From IMG/VR virus record IMGVR_UViG_3300027038_000027: a stretch of 33,275 bases of DNA. One strand, 5' to 3'. Made by a program: the position numbers and the translations under genes. The stretch comes from a virus. The notes beneath the pieces are model-generated. The model saw only the letters and a list, made by a program, of their open reading frames with translations, was not told the DNA's origin and did no database searches. Within the stretch, counting starts at the first letter, position 1; every line of letters begins with the position of its first letter. Positions 18,101 through 25,513 of the stretch are shown one piece after another.

Positions 18101-18794
18101 TCCTCATCCGGTATTTCCAACCCGGACAAGAACACGAACCTTTGCCTGTTTCACGATGAACTTTCGTGGTGTAGGCGTTCTTCACACCTTTGCTACTATC
18201 GTACAACTCGATAAAGAAATCTTCCGGATTCGGTTTGTCTTTCTTTGGGCGTTTCTCGTTAAAAAGAACACCATCGAGTCGTTTGTGGAGATATGCTAGC
18301 TGCTCGGAACGCTCTTCAATAGTGTTAATAGTCCCAAGCAATTTTCCGGTGACAGTGAAATAACGTCCTTCTGAGTAGATTTCTACGAAGCCAAGTTTGC
18401 GCCATCCGTCGGGAAGTTTGGCCTTCACGAGAATATGAACACCAGCTCCTGATGGACTCGCTTCAGTGTATGATGAAATCTCATCAATGATTCTTTGCGC
18501 TTCTTGTTTCTTAGCGCCAGTAATGGGATCGCGGCATTTGTCAAGATCGATGCCACAAAATCCTTCGCCGAGAACGAATCCGATTCCATGTGCATGGCCA
18601 TCACGAAATGTTGAAAGTGCTTGACTGAAATGAGCCCAAGTGGCAGGATTAGTGCTGCTGGCCATCCTCTCAGGATTTTCTGCTTGGATGGGAATCTTGG
18701 TAGGATTGTCGCCACGAGTATCGAGGCGCCAACAAACCCAACGAGGCATTTCACGTAGCTCGCGTGGGATGTTGAGTATCTCAAGATCGTTCAT
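18036..18794 (-). CDS. primase-polymerase (archaeo-eukaryotic primase family, Prim-Pol N-terminal domain) fused to a C-terminal SWIM zinc finger
   Basis: AEP motifs GIDLDKC (DxD), SPSGAGVHILV (SGxGxH) and EIYSEGRYFTVTG. The C-terminus SCSCPGWKYRMRNGKPCWHV matches the CxCx(n)CxH pattern. Confidence 0.65.
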   Translation of the reverse strand: MNDLEILNIPRELREMPRWVCWRLDTRGDNPTKIPIQAENPERMASSTNPATWAHFSQALSTFRDGHAHGIGFVLGEGFCGIDLDKCRDPITGAKKQEAQRIIDEISSYTEASPSGAGVHILVKAKLPDGWRKLGFVEIYSEGRYFTVTGKLLGTINTIEERSEQLAYLHKRLDGVLFNEKRPKKDKPNPEDFFIELYDSSKGVKNAYTTKVHRETGKGSCSCPGWKYRMRNGKPCWHVPDLQKKHGFEPDV

Positions 18795-19024
18795 TTGGTT
18801 ACTTTCTCTGGCGGAAAAACAACTCCTTCACCATACTTCCACTCCCATGCTATGGAATCACCACCATCAGTGATGATCACTCGAACAGTCGTTCCGATTC
18901 GTCCACCAACACTAGTCGCAAGTTGAACAGCCCGATGAAGCGCAGTTGCCGCAGACACGAAATGTTCCGCTTCTTCGTACTGACCATCAGGAAAGAATTG
19001 ATAGACGGAGAATTCGTTTGCCAT
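18791..19024 (-). CDS. hypothetical protein
   Basis: ORF with a stop/start overlap to the primase-polymerase gene. Confidence 0.35.
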   Translation of the reverse strand: MANEFSVYQFFPDGQYEEAEHFVSAATALHRAVQLATSVGGRIGTTVRVIITDGGDSIAWEWKYGEGVVFPPEKVTK

Positions 19025-19221
19025 TATTTGATCTTCACCCAGGAATCACCAATGAGCATCACAATTGGTTCAATTTCACCCTTTGGTGTCATTGGAACCC
19101 ACCAAGGATTGTGCATTCCATAACAAGGAGTTCCTACGAAATGCCGATCTTCTCGCTGGACAAGACATCGATGATGAGGTTCTGGCCAACCTAATTGGTC
19201 AGTAATTTTGGTGAATCTCAC
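19024..19221 (-). CDS. hypothetical protein
   Basis: Short ORF packed between neighbouring genes. Confidence 0.3.
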   Translation of the reverse strand: MRFTKITDQLGWPEPHHRCLVQREDRHFVGTPCYGMHNPWWVPMTPKGEIEPIVMLIGDSWVKIK

Positions 19222-20291
19222 AACACTTCACCAATGATATGGTCTGCCATGGGATGCCTGTATCTACCCGTATTCGTTTTCTGCTGATAGTTAATTCGGA
19301 TTTCTTTGCCAATGAATCGAGTTGATTCAGTGGCAAACACACGACGCCACTCATCGTTGAGCGTCTTGACTTGGACTTCAACACCAAATTCATCGACGCA
19401 TGAGATCTTTGAATGTGGACCTAACAGACCAGCCACAAATCCGACGATCTTACAGATAACGAATTGTTCTTTCTTGATCTTGATCCATGAACGAGAACGG
19501 TGATCTTCCTCATAGAGAGCTTTAAGATCCTTGATAATCGCTCCCTCACCACCAGCATCCCAAATCCTCTGAAGAGCTAATTCAGACACTTCGAATTGAT
19601 CGGCGAGACGAATAGCACCAGGCGAAATCAGTGACGCGCCTTCTTCGAGCAAATCTCGACGAGCGGCGGTCGTTTCACCAAGCGCAGAATTCGGACCAAC
19701 ACGAAGCATATCGAAAAGAATTAGTTCAGATTTGTGAAGAAGATCAATGGACGTAACATCGGTTGACGTGCCACCAGGAATACACAATTCTCCATCGTAG
19801 ATTCCAGGCGCAAGATGAGCAGCAACTTCACGGATATGATTACCAAGAATGCGCACATTCCCCGCCCGCGACCACGCGGTGATTTCTGCTCCTACTTCGA
19901 GGATGATACGATGTCCATCATATTTGACTTCGAGGATGTGATCAGCGTCGACGTAGTCGTCGAGAACCCATCCCTCTTTGAGACCAGATGCCAACATCGG
20001 ACGAACAGGAATTTCTGGAGAAGCACCAAGCAGGGAAGGCTGAGCAGGAGCGCCACTACCACCAACGATTTTGAGATTTGGCGTTGATGAAAAGCGACCA
20101 ACAATTGGAGGAAGAGCTATTACGCCAGGACCACCACGGACTAATTCGTCGCCAGCCGCTTTGATGTGCCAGCATTTATCGGGAGTACGAAATCCTCGAC
20201 ATGTACAGACGAGACGTCCATCATCGTGAAGAGTGACGACGTGTGGTTTTCCATTCGGATTGGATTTGGACGGGTAACTCCACGTTCTCAT
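19218..20291 (-). CDS. lig: ATP-dependent DNA ligase with N-terminal SWIM zinc finger
   Basis: Motif I EVKYDGHRI (KxDGxR), DGEL, EGAIIKD and WIKIKK (motif VI). The N-terminus LVCTCRGFRTPDKCWH matches the SWIM CxCx(n)CxH pattern. Confidence 0.7.
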   Translation of the reverse strand: MRTWSYPSKSNPNGKPHVVTLHDDGRLVCTCRGFRTPDKCWHIKAAGDELVRGGPGVIALPPIVGRFSSTPNLKIVGGSGAPAQPSLLGASPEIPVRPMLASGLKEGWVLDDYVDADHILEVKYDGHRIILEVGAEITAWSRAGNVRILGNHIREVAAHLAPGIYDGELCIPGGTSTDVTSIDLLHKSELILFDMLRVGPNSALGETTAARRDLLEEGASLISPGAIRLADQFEVSELALQRIWDAGGEGAIIKDLKALYEEDHRSRSWIKIKKEQFVICKIVGFVAGLLGPHSKISCVDEFGVEVQVKTLNDEWRRVFATESTRFIGKEIRINYQQKTNTGRYRHPMADHIIGEVL

Positions 20292-20298
20292 TAGAGCT

Positions 20299-20327
20299 AG
20301 TATACTTTATTAGCCGGTAAATGTAAA
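20299..20327 (-). promoter_or_regulatory. promoter: -35 TTTACA, 17-nt spacer, -10 TATACT, 7 nt upstream of the ligase ATG (implies a leaderless mRNA)
   Basis: On the minus strand: cTTTACAtttaccggctaataaagTATACTagctctaATG. The same motif recurs at 21952..21980 and 25023..25051. Confidence 0.45.
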
Positions 20328-20334
20328 CAGAAAG

Positions 20335-20571
20335 CTATCGTCGCCGCCTTCTTTTCTTTGCTGAAATCATTGCGTCCGCAAATTGGTAGGCGATGTCAGC
20401 AATCTCTCGTACATTCTTGCCTTTTCCAATTTCTCGAACGATTCCACACAGAGCTTGTCCGGCGAAATAATCCCTGAGTTCAAACAATCGATCTTTTACC
20501 AGTTCTTTCTTTACCTTCGCCATGGTTGTCTCGCTCGTTGACGTTCGTTGTGAATTTCGTCGGCAAAACAC
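20335..20571 (-). CDS. hypothetical protein
   Basis: ORF; ATG 20523 (MAKVKK...) is the likelier start. Confidence 0.3.
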   Translation of the reverse strand: MFCRRNSQRTSTSETTMAKVKKELVKDRLFELRDYFAGQALCGIVREIGKGKNVREIADIAYQFADAMISAKKRRRRR

Positions 20572-20699
20572 CGCACCATCCGATGAAAATCCTCGAGAAC
20601 ATCGTCCGGCGCATTTCTCATAAATCGTTCGAGCTTGTCGTAACGACCAGGAATTTCTCTCGAGATCATGCCAAATGCGTGCCGAAATAATTGGGACAT
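20511..20699 (-). CDS. hypothetical protein
   Basis: ATG 20699 lies 2 nt after the upstream stop; the listed longer start overlaps the upstream gene. Confidence 0.3.
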   Translation of the reverse strand: MSQLFRHAFGMISREIPGRYDKLERFMRNAPDDVLEDFHRMVRCFADEIHNERQRARQPWRR

Positions 20700-20700
20700 G

Positions 20701-21045
20701 TTATTGTGAGCTCGTAAGGCCGAGGTCTCGTTCAATCTGATCGATCCGAGCATTAAGTCGAGAAGCTTTTGACTCATCTAACCCACTATCTAATTGTTCG
20801 CGAAGTTCCGCACGCTCCACCATCAACTCAGCGCGCTCGAGGTCCTGCGCATAAGCTTCATCAGCTTCGCACTCCAATCGATTTCGTTCTTCTGCTTCAG
20901 CCTGAAATTCTTGTTTCAGGTTGCCATCGTCGTCGATATGATCACAGCCATTGTCGGCCCACTCACCACAGATTGGGCATTTCCAATTCCCTTGTGCTGG
21001 ACCACAGGACGGACATTGAGTATCACCACAAAGACATGGTCCCAT
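20701..21045 (-). CDS. Cys-rich zinc-ribbon plus acidic coiled-coil protein
   Basis: CLCGDTQCPSCG...CPICGEWADNGC followed by a Glu/Asp-rich helix. Confidence 0.4.
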   Translation of the reverse strand: MGPCLCGDTQCPSCGPAQGNWKCPICGEWADNGCDHIDDDGNLKQEFQAEAEERNRLECEADEAYAQDLERAELMVERAELREQLDSGLDESKASRLNARIDQIERDLGLTSSQ

Positions 21046-21047
21046 AG

Positions 21048-21287
21048 TTACCTCTTTTCCAAAGCAGTGTCTATAATCTCAAGAAAATCTACACACCATA
21101 GAGCAGTGACTCCTACCACCTCCCACACTATGTGCTCTTGTTCAGGTTCAAAGCCAAATTCGTCCATGAACGATTTCTTTGCCATCATCATCGCAGTTCG
21201 TAAATCTTGATGGCGAGCTTGTCCATAACGTGTGCCATGTGGACGATAGACTTTTACATGGTCGTATTTTGTTTTGATGACCGGCAT
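21048..21287 (-). CDS. hypothetical protein
   Basis: ATG 21287 (MPVIKTK) forms a TGATG overlap with the upstream small ORF. The listed ORF uses GTG at 21290. Confidence 0.35.
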   Translation of the reverse strand: MPVIKTKYDHVKVYRPHGTRYGQARHQDLRTAMMMAKKSFMDEFGFEPEQEHIVWEVVGVTALWCVDFLEIIDTALEKR

Positions 21288-21454
21288 CACAATTCCACAG
21301 CTTCCACTCGAACACTGATGATTCCGTAATGGTCATTATCTGGTGTTTCGAGTGCATTCTCGACGGCAAGTTTGCAATCTTCTACGCTTGGAGGTTCTAC
21401 ACGAGGACGTTGATCATCAATGGTAATTCTTGCTGTGATTATGATGACTTTCAT
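21287..21454 (-). CDS. small hypothetical protein (55 aa)
   Basis: Not in the ORF track because it is under 60 aa. Its ATG 21454 forms an ATGA overlap with the stop of 21451..21702, and its stop overlaps the next start. Confidence 0.3.
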   Translation of the reverse strand: MKVIIITARITIDDQRPRVEPPSVEDCKLAVENALETPDNDHYGIISVRVEAVEL

Positions 21455-21702
21455 GGATGCAACCGTACAAATTCTCGAAACATTACCTGTTCTTCAGGCG
21501 TGAGAAAGTTTGTGATGAATTCTTCCTGAGTTGGTCCAACATAGGTTTTACATTGACAAGGAATCTTTTCTTGCCATGTTCCACACGTTGGACACTGTCC
21601 TCTAGTGATTTCATCACAACCATTGTTATCGTGCGCTTGCGCGACGTGCCTACAGTTTGCACAACGTGGCCATACATCACCAAGTTGACTCATGCTTCTC
21701 AT
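21451..21702 (-). CDS. zinc-finger protein
   Basis: CANC...CPTC...CQC; ATGA overlap with the upstream gene. Confidence 0.4.
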   Translation of the reverse strand: MRSMSQLGDVWPRCANCRHVAQAHDNNGCDEITRGQCPTCGTWQEKIPCQCKTYVGPTQEEFITNFLTPEEQVMFREFVRLHP

Positions 21703-21944
21703 AAATCCTTAATCTTCGGATGTTCCACTCTGGTATGTTCACGAACCCAGTAGGCTTTGCGGCATTCATCACAGCAATTACGACCACCAAATGGGTAGTG
21801 ATTATCGTGTTGCCGTAATTCGTCAGATCGTGGACATTCAAGTCCATGAGGACATTTATGTCTATATGTACGCCGACCATGACGAGGTAACTTCAGTGTC
21901 GGAGTTTGACACCAATCGCAGTAATTTCCAAGCCGCTTACCCAT
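21699..21944 (-). CDS. zinc-finger protein, possibly a mini HNH-like nuclease
   Basis: CDWC ... HGLEC ... HDNHYPFGGRN ... CCDEC (CxxC-H-N-H-CxxC arrangement). The ATG lies 7 nt downstream of a TATACT -10 box. Confidence 0.35.
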   Translation of the reverse strand: MGKRLGNYCDWCQTPTLKLPRHGRRTYRHKCPHGLECPRSDELRQHDNHYPFGGRNCCDECRKAYWVREHTRVEHPKIKDL

Positions 21945-21951
21945 TACAACT

Positions 21952-21980
21952 AGTATACGCTAAACGGGCGAAAATGTAAA
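21952..21980 (-). promoter_or_regulatory. promoter: -35 TTTACA, 17-nt spacer, -10 TATACT, 7 nt upstream of ATG 21944 (implies a leaderless mRNA)
   Basis: On the minus strand: cTTTACAttttcgcccgtttagcgTATACTagttgtaATG. Confidence 0.45.
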
Positions 21981-21997
21981 GAGAAAACGATCACGAT

Positions 21998-22288
21998 TTA
22001 AAATGGTATGTCATCATCTGGGATAGGTGCCGCAGTTTGTTCTACAACTTGTTGTTCTATGGCTTCTTGTTGTTTTCCACAAGCATCTATAAATCCATCA
22101 CCAATATTCTGAAAATTCATGGCGTCTTCTTTTGAAATCCAGACAACGATTTCTACATATCCGCCATCTGCCATTGGTTGTACATGTGCTGTATGTGGAA
22201 CCTTCACACCATATCGCTGTGCAGCCACTGTCCGATAGTTATCGCGAAGTTTGTGTAATTCAGCTCGTACCTTTTCTCGTTCATTCAT
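21998..22288 (-). CDS. small helical protein ending in the SSB C-terminal tip motif (…PIPDDDIPF)
   Basis: The last 6 residues, DDDIPF, are identical to the C-terminal hexapeptide of E. coli-type SSB. The rest of the 96 aa has no OB-fold-like sequence. Confidence 0.5.
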   Translation of the reverse strand: MNEREKVRAELHKLRDNYRTVAAQRYGVKVPHTAHVQPMADGGYVEIVVWISKEDAMNFQNIGDGFIDACGKQQEAIEQQVVEQTAAPIPDDDIPF

Positions 22289-22451
22289 GATCTAGCTCAT
22301 TGATCTTTACATCGATGTTTGTCTCAATAATCCTGTATGGAATGTGTAGTGCTAGAAATTGATTTGTTTGAAGAGCTTTTCGGATGTACTCAACTGTTAA
22401 CGATTTGCCACCACCTTGTGGTCCACTCACAATTATCTTTATCACGATCAT
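22281..22451 (-). CDS. 56-aa ORF with an N-terminal Walker A (IIVSGPQGGGKS); probable truncated kinase/ATPase remnant
   Basis: Its ATG 22451 forms an ATGA overlap with the upstream stop. The P-loop is seen directly; the ORF is too short for an NTPase and has no Walker B. Confidence 0.3.
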   Translation of the reverse strand: MIVIKIIVSGPQGGGKSLTVEYIRKALQTNQFLALHIPYRIIETNIDVKINELDHE

Positions 22452-22828
22452 CCTCCAAGATATTGCAACGTCAGTGCCAATGTTATGTAGTGAATGAATT
22501 GATCAAATCCGACACTCACGAAAAACCAATGTACTTGCTTCTCTTGCCAGAGTCGTGTGTTAATGCGGCTCGTTATGGCATCAGTCACGAAATGTGTGAC
22601 AAATGTCACACAAAACCACGAAATGTATCGCGTGATAAACCAAGGTGTAGGAGAAAACAAAAAGACCCAATTGATAACACCAACGAGTACTGTGGTGTAT
22701 ACTGAAACATGCATCAATAGTGCTCTCCAGTTCTTTGATTTGTTTTGGGCCATCCAATCTGTTTGACAAACGAAATCCGCAAACCAATGCGCCAGCATAA
22801 TCCAAACTGGAAGCTGTAAATCATTCAT
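22448..22828 (-). CDS. integral membrane protein (about 4 TM helices)
   Basis: Hydrophobic segments, e.g. VYTTVLVGVINWVFLF and FFVSVGFDQFIHYITLALTL. Confidence 0.45.
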   Translation of the reverse strand: MNDLQLPVWIMLAHWFADFVCQTDWMAQNKSKNWRALLMHVSVYTTVLVGVINWVFLFSPTPWFITRYISWFCVTFVTHFVTDAITSRINTRLWQEKQVHWFFVSVGFDQFIHYITLALTLQYLGG

Positions 22829-23051
22829 GTTGTGTTATCTATCATTTTGGCACAGAAAATTGCTATTCGTGCTGTCTGTTTATAGTGAAATCGAGCATCT
22901 TGTTCTATATTATCGACATAGATGACATACCAAATCTTCATCTTGAGACCCCAGGAGTCTATCTTGCCGGCTTACGGCCTAGGCTCCGTCCGTTGAAAAA
23001 CGAAATACTCTTGTTCGCGCCTATCAATGACTTCTAATATTGTCTCCATGA

Positions 23052-23234
23052 TTATCCGTTCTTGGCGACGTGAATCGCCATCTTGGTGTAACGTTCCCAG
23101 TATTCTGGAAATGCTTCTTTGATCCGTTTGATATTCTCTGAGTCAGCGTATTTGCACGCCTCTCCAAGAGCTCGGACAAACGATCCACCAAATCGGATCA
23201 TCATTTCGACAGGTGCGCGATCTTCTTCGTTCAT
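23052..23234 (-). CDS. hypothetical protein
   Basis: Short ORF followed by a 223-nt AT-rich intergenic region. Confidence 0.3.
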   Translation of the reverse strand: MNEEDRAPVEMMIRFGGSFVRALGEACKYADSENIKRIKEAFPEYWERYTKMAIHVAKNG

Positions 23235-23242
23235 GCTAACTC

Positions 23243-23530
23243 CTACGCAAACATTTCAAGTCCGTCCTCTTCAATACGCACACCACATCGAACCAAATCT
23301 TGTATTTGTTCAATTGTAATGACTTTCGCCAGTTCTTCAAGCGAAGGTTGTAAGAAAATCTTATCGTGTTCAGCACCCGAAACGATATCTCTCGAACTAG
23401 GAACCAATCGATCAAGTAGTAAGAATGCGTGAAGATCCTTGCGTGGGCTAAGTTGCCGTTCTAACGGAACTGGTTCAAGAAAGAGAGACTCATTCTCTTC
23501 AAATTCTGTGATCATTTCATGCTCAGTCAT
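23243..23530 (-). CDS. hypothetical acidic protein
   Basis: ATG 23530 forms an ATGA overlap with the upstream stop. The longer listed start (23593) overlaps the upstream gene. Confidence 0.35.
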   Translation of the reverse strand: MTEHEMITEFEENESLFLEPVPLERQLSPRKDLHAFLLLDRLVPSSRDIVSGAEHDKIFLQPSLEELAKVITIEQIQDLVRCGVRIEEDGLEMFA

Positions 23531-23871
23531 GATGCATCCACCTTTAATGCCATCAATGGTAACCATCCAGCTGGCTCTGGGTCCACCACCCACACGACAT
23601 CGAGGTCAACACTTTTCCCAGTATCAGCGTTTTTCATCACACATGACCTGATACGATCAAGATCGATGCGATAACGCTTTCCTGTTGGCACATCATCGCC
23701 CAGAATTGGCCATCCTGGCTCAACTTCACGACGAACGAAAGTTGCTCCGACTATTGACATTGTACCTTTGCGAGAAGTGATTCTCGTATCACACTGAAAA
23801 CAAATGTTAATGGTTGGTTGATCGTTGACAAAAAGACAGCCGCAGATAGGACAGACAAGCCATTTCGCCAT
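23527..23871 (-). CDS. Cys-containing hypothetical protein (CPICGC...CFQC)
   Basis: ATG 23871 is preceded by a strong GGAGGAGGAG Shine-Dalgarno sequence. The upstream part of the listed ORF (to 23928) covers the intergenic hairpin. Confidence 0.35.
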   Translation of the reverse strand: MAKWLVCPICGCLFVNDQPTINICFQCDTRITSRKGTMSIVGATFVRREVEPGWPILGDDVPTGKRYRIDLDRIRSCVMKNADTGKSVDLDVVWVVDPEPAGWLPLMALKVDAS

Positions 23872-23888
23872 ACTCCTCCTCCAGCTGC

Positions 23889-23911
23889 CGGGCACCCAAT
23901 TGGTGCCCGGC
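23889..23911 (-). promoter_or_regulatory. GC-rich perfect hairpin (9-bp stem CCGGGCACC / GGTGCCCGG, 5-nt loop) in the 5' region of gene 23527..23871
   Basis: Seen directly. It lies between the DUF932 stop (23938) and the Shine-Dalgarno sequence/ATG at 23871. No U-tract follows on the minus strand. Confidence 0.35.
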
Positions 23912-23937
23912 CATACGATGGGGACCAACCACCGTTG

Positions 23938-24909
23938 CTACGCCGCGAACTGCGTCGCGAGCAAGAGTGCCTTTTGTTTCAGCTTCGCGTTTTTGCCAAA
24001 CACAGCACTCTTGTTAGCCGAACGGATACTCTTGGTGTTGTGCGCCTCTGCGGGGCGGACATGGTCTACGTATTCAGTAATCGCATTGAAAGCTGTCCAA
24101 GATGTACCCGGAGCAAATTCGGTCCCCTTCCCCGATTCAGACAGTTCGAGGATCTTCTCGAAACGACGCGCGACGACTGGGTTTTCCATTTCCAAATCGT
24201 CTTCATCCTCGATACCAAGCACTTCAGCGATGTAGGCACGAACTTCGTCGTGATCCATTCGCTTCGCTGCCAGTTTTGCGAACGTTTCGCCGGATTGTTT
24301 CAGCGACGCTACCAGATTGGTTACCAAATCGGTAACCATTTTCATCTGATTTGCGACACCGGAAACGTGCCGCAGTTCGATGATTTCCTTGCTTCTGAGC
24401 GCCAACGCGATGGTATTGGCGCATACAGCACGCACTGGTGTCGGTCGAGCGGTGAAGCGGGTCTTGCCATTGTGACCGGTCATGACAAGGAAGTAGCCAT
24501 CGACGTGATCGCCGGCCACCACTTCGATTCGTTCGGGGAGCTTCGCAAGCATCCAACATTTGTCCCCAGTCCCAAGCGCTCCGGCTGTTTCAATCGTAAC
24601 ACCGAACTGTTCGCAGGCAGGTTGAAGAACACCAAATGCCTCATGATTCTGAAGCACGTGGTATTTGTCGCCGACGGTGTGAAGGATTTTGTGATCGACG
24701 TCGCGAACAGTGGCTTTTCGACGACTCACTTTGGTTCCGTCAGCAAGGAACAAGTCCTCGATCGAGACCAACCAGTCAAGGTGAGCCGCTTTGAGAGCAG
24801 CCGGAACATCCGGATTACCCTCCATTTTGGTGCCAAGCGCGTGCCAAGGAGTCTCTCCCTGATACGCCATTGTAGCTTGACCCATGAGTTCCGAGATCTC
24901 GTGGCTCAT
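23938..24909 (-). CDS. DUF932 / phage-plasmid-like protein (TIGR03299-like)
   Basis: MGQATMAYQGETPWHALGTKM... is typical of this family. ATG 24909 has a GGAGAAAGG Shine-Dalgarno sequence; the listed ORF start 24951 is a TTG. Confidence 0.55.
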   Translation of the reverse strand: MSHEISELMGQATMAYQGETPWHALGTKMEGNPDVPAALKAAHLDWLVSIEDLFLADGTKVSRRKATVRDVDHKILHTVGDKYHVLQNHEAFGVLQPACEQFGVTIETAGALGTGDKCWMLAKLPERIEVVAGDHVDGYFLVMTGHNGKTRFTARPTPVRAVCANTIALALRSKEIIELRHVSGVANQMKMVTDLVTNLVASLKQSGETFAKLAAKRMDHDEVRAYIAEVLGIEDEDDLEMENPVVARRFEKILELSESGKGTEFAPGTSWTAFNAITEYVDHVRPAEAHNTKSIRSANKSAVFGKNAKLKQKALLLATQFAA

Positions 24910-25022
24910 ATCTAACCTTTCTCCGTATGCTTCCTCCCGCAACAAGGACAAACGGAATATCCTCGCGGAATGCGCGCTACACAGATTTGACAGACAAGAA
25001 GTAAGCGCCTATTCATAACTAA

Positions 25023-25051
25023 AGTATACTATTCCCCAGCCCGTTTGTAAA
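25023..25051 (-). promoter_or_regulatory. promoter: -35 TTTACA, 17-nt spacer, -10 TATACT upstream of the DUF932 gene
   Basis: On the minus strand: cTTTACAaacgggctggggaatagTATACTtt, about 107 nt upstream of ATG 24909. Confidence 0.4.
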
Positions 25052-25084
25052 GTAGTTCCGCTCAACAACTTTTGTTGAAATCTT

Positions 25085-25513
25085 CTATCTTGCTTTCCAG
25101 TTCTCCCAATACGTGCGAATCATCCAATCTTGCACCGCTTCTTCATTTGGTTCTGCAGGAATTGGAGATGTATTGATGAGATCTTTGAGTGATCGTTCTA
25201 GATTTCCTGCCATTGTGAGTACAGCATCAAGTTCTATGCGCCCATAGCGCACATCCATGAGAAATTCTCGTGTACCTTCAACCATTGGTAGGACCAGACG
25301 ACCAGTCTGCATTAGCTCTACACCTTGAAATCCTAAACGAAGCATGTGCATTGCATACTTAGTGTCGTATCCATGCTTTGCCTCAAGCTCAGGACGGTGT
25401 ACTTTCTTTTGTCCTCGCTCGCCTAATAATCTTTGTCTCTGTGCTTCCATGTAACCAAGAAATCTTTTTCCAGCATAGCGACTGATAACGCGGTTGTTGG
25501 TTCTACAGCACAC
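25085..25513 (-). pseudogene. C-terminal half of a Pol-beta-superfamily nucleotidyltransferase (KYAMHMLRLGFQG region); the N-terminal half is on the opposite strand
   Basis: HGYDTKYAMHMLRLGFQGVELMQTGRLVLP matches the C-terminal helical domain of YcgL/RlaP-like nucleotidyltransferases (family name recalled, not searched). No N-terminal nucleotidyltransferase core lies upstream on this strand. Confidence 0.45.

Noticed and set aside
21148-21369. Listed ORFs 21148..21369 and 21677..21880
   Set aside because: They are alternative frames overlapping better-supported, translationally coupled genes, and their composition is not protein-like.
22829-23051. tRNA or small-RNA gene in the 223-nt intergenic region (GC-rich island with GCCTAGGC palindrome)
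   Set aside because: There is no tRNA-like T-loop (GTTCRANYC) or acceptor-stem signature, and the stems are only 4-6 bp. It is more likely a promoter/terminator region. Candidate -10 boxes (TAATAT, TAGATA) are present but the -35 spacing is poor.
23818-24915. 365-aa plus-strand ORF
   Set aside because: It lies antisense to the well-supported DUF932 gene and has an Arg/Cys/His-rich shadow-ORF composition with no recognisable domain.
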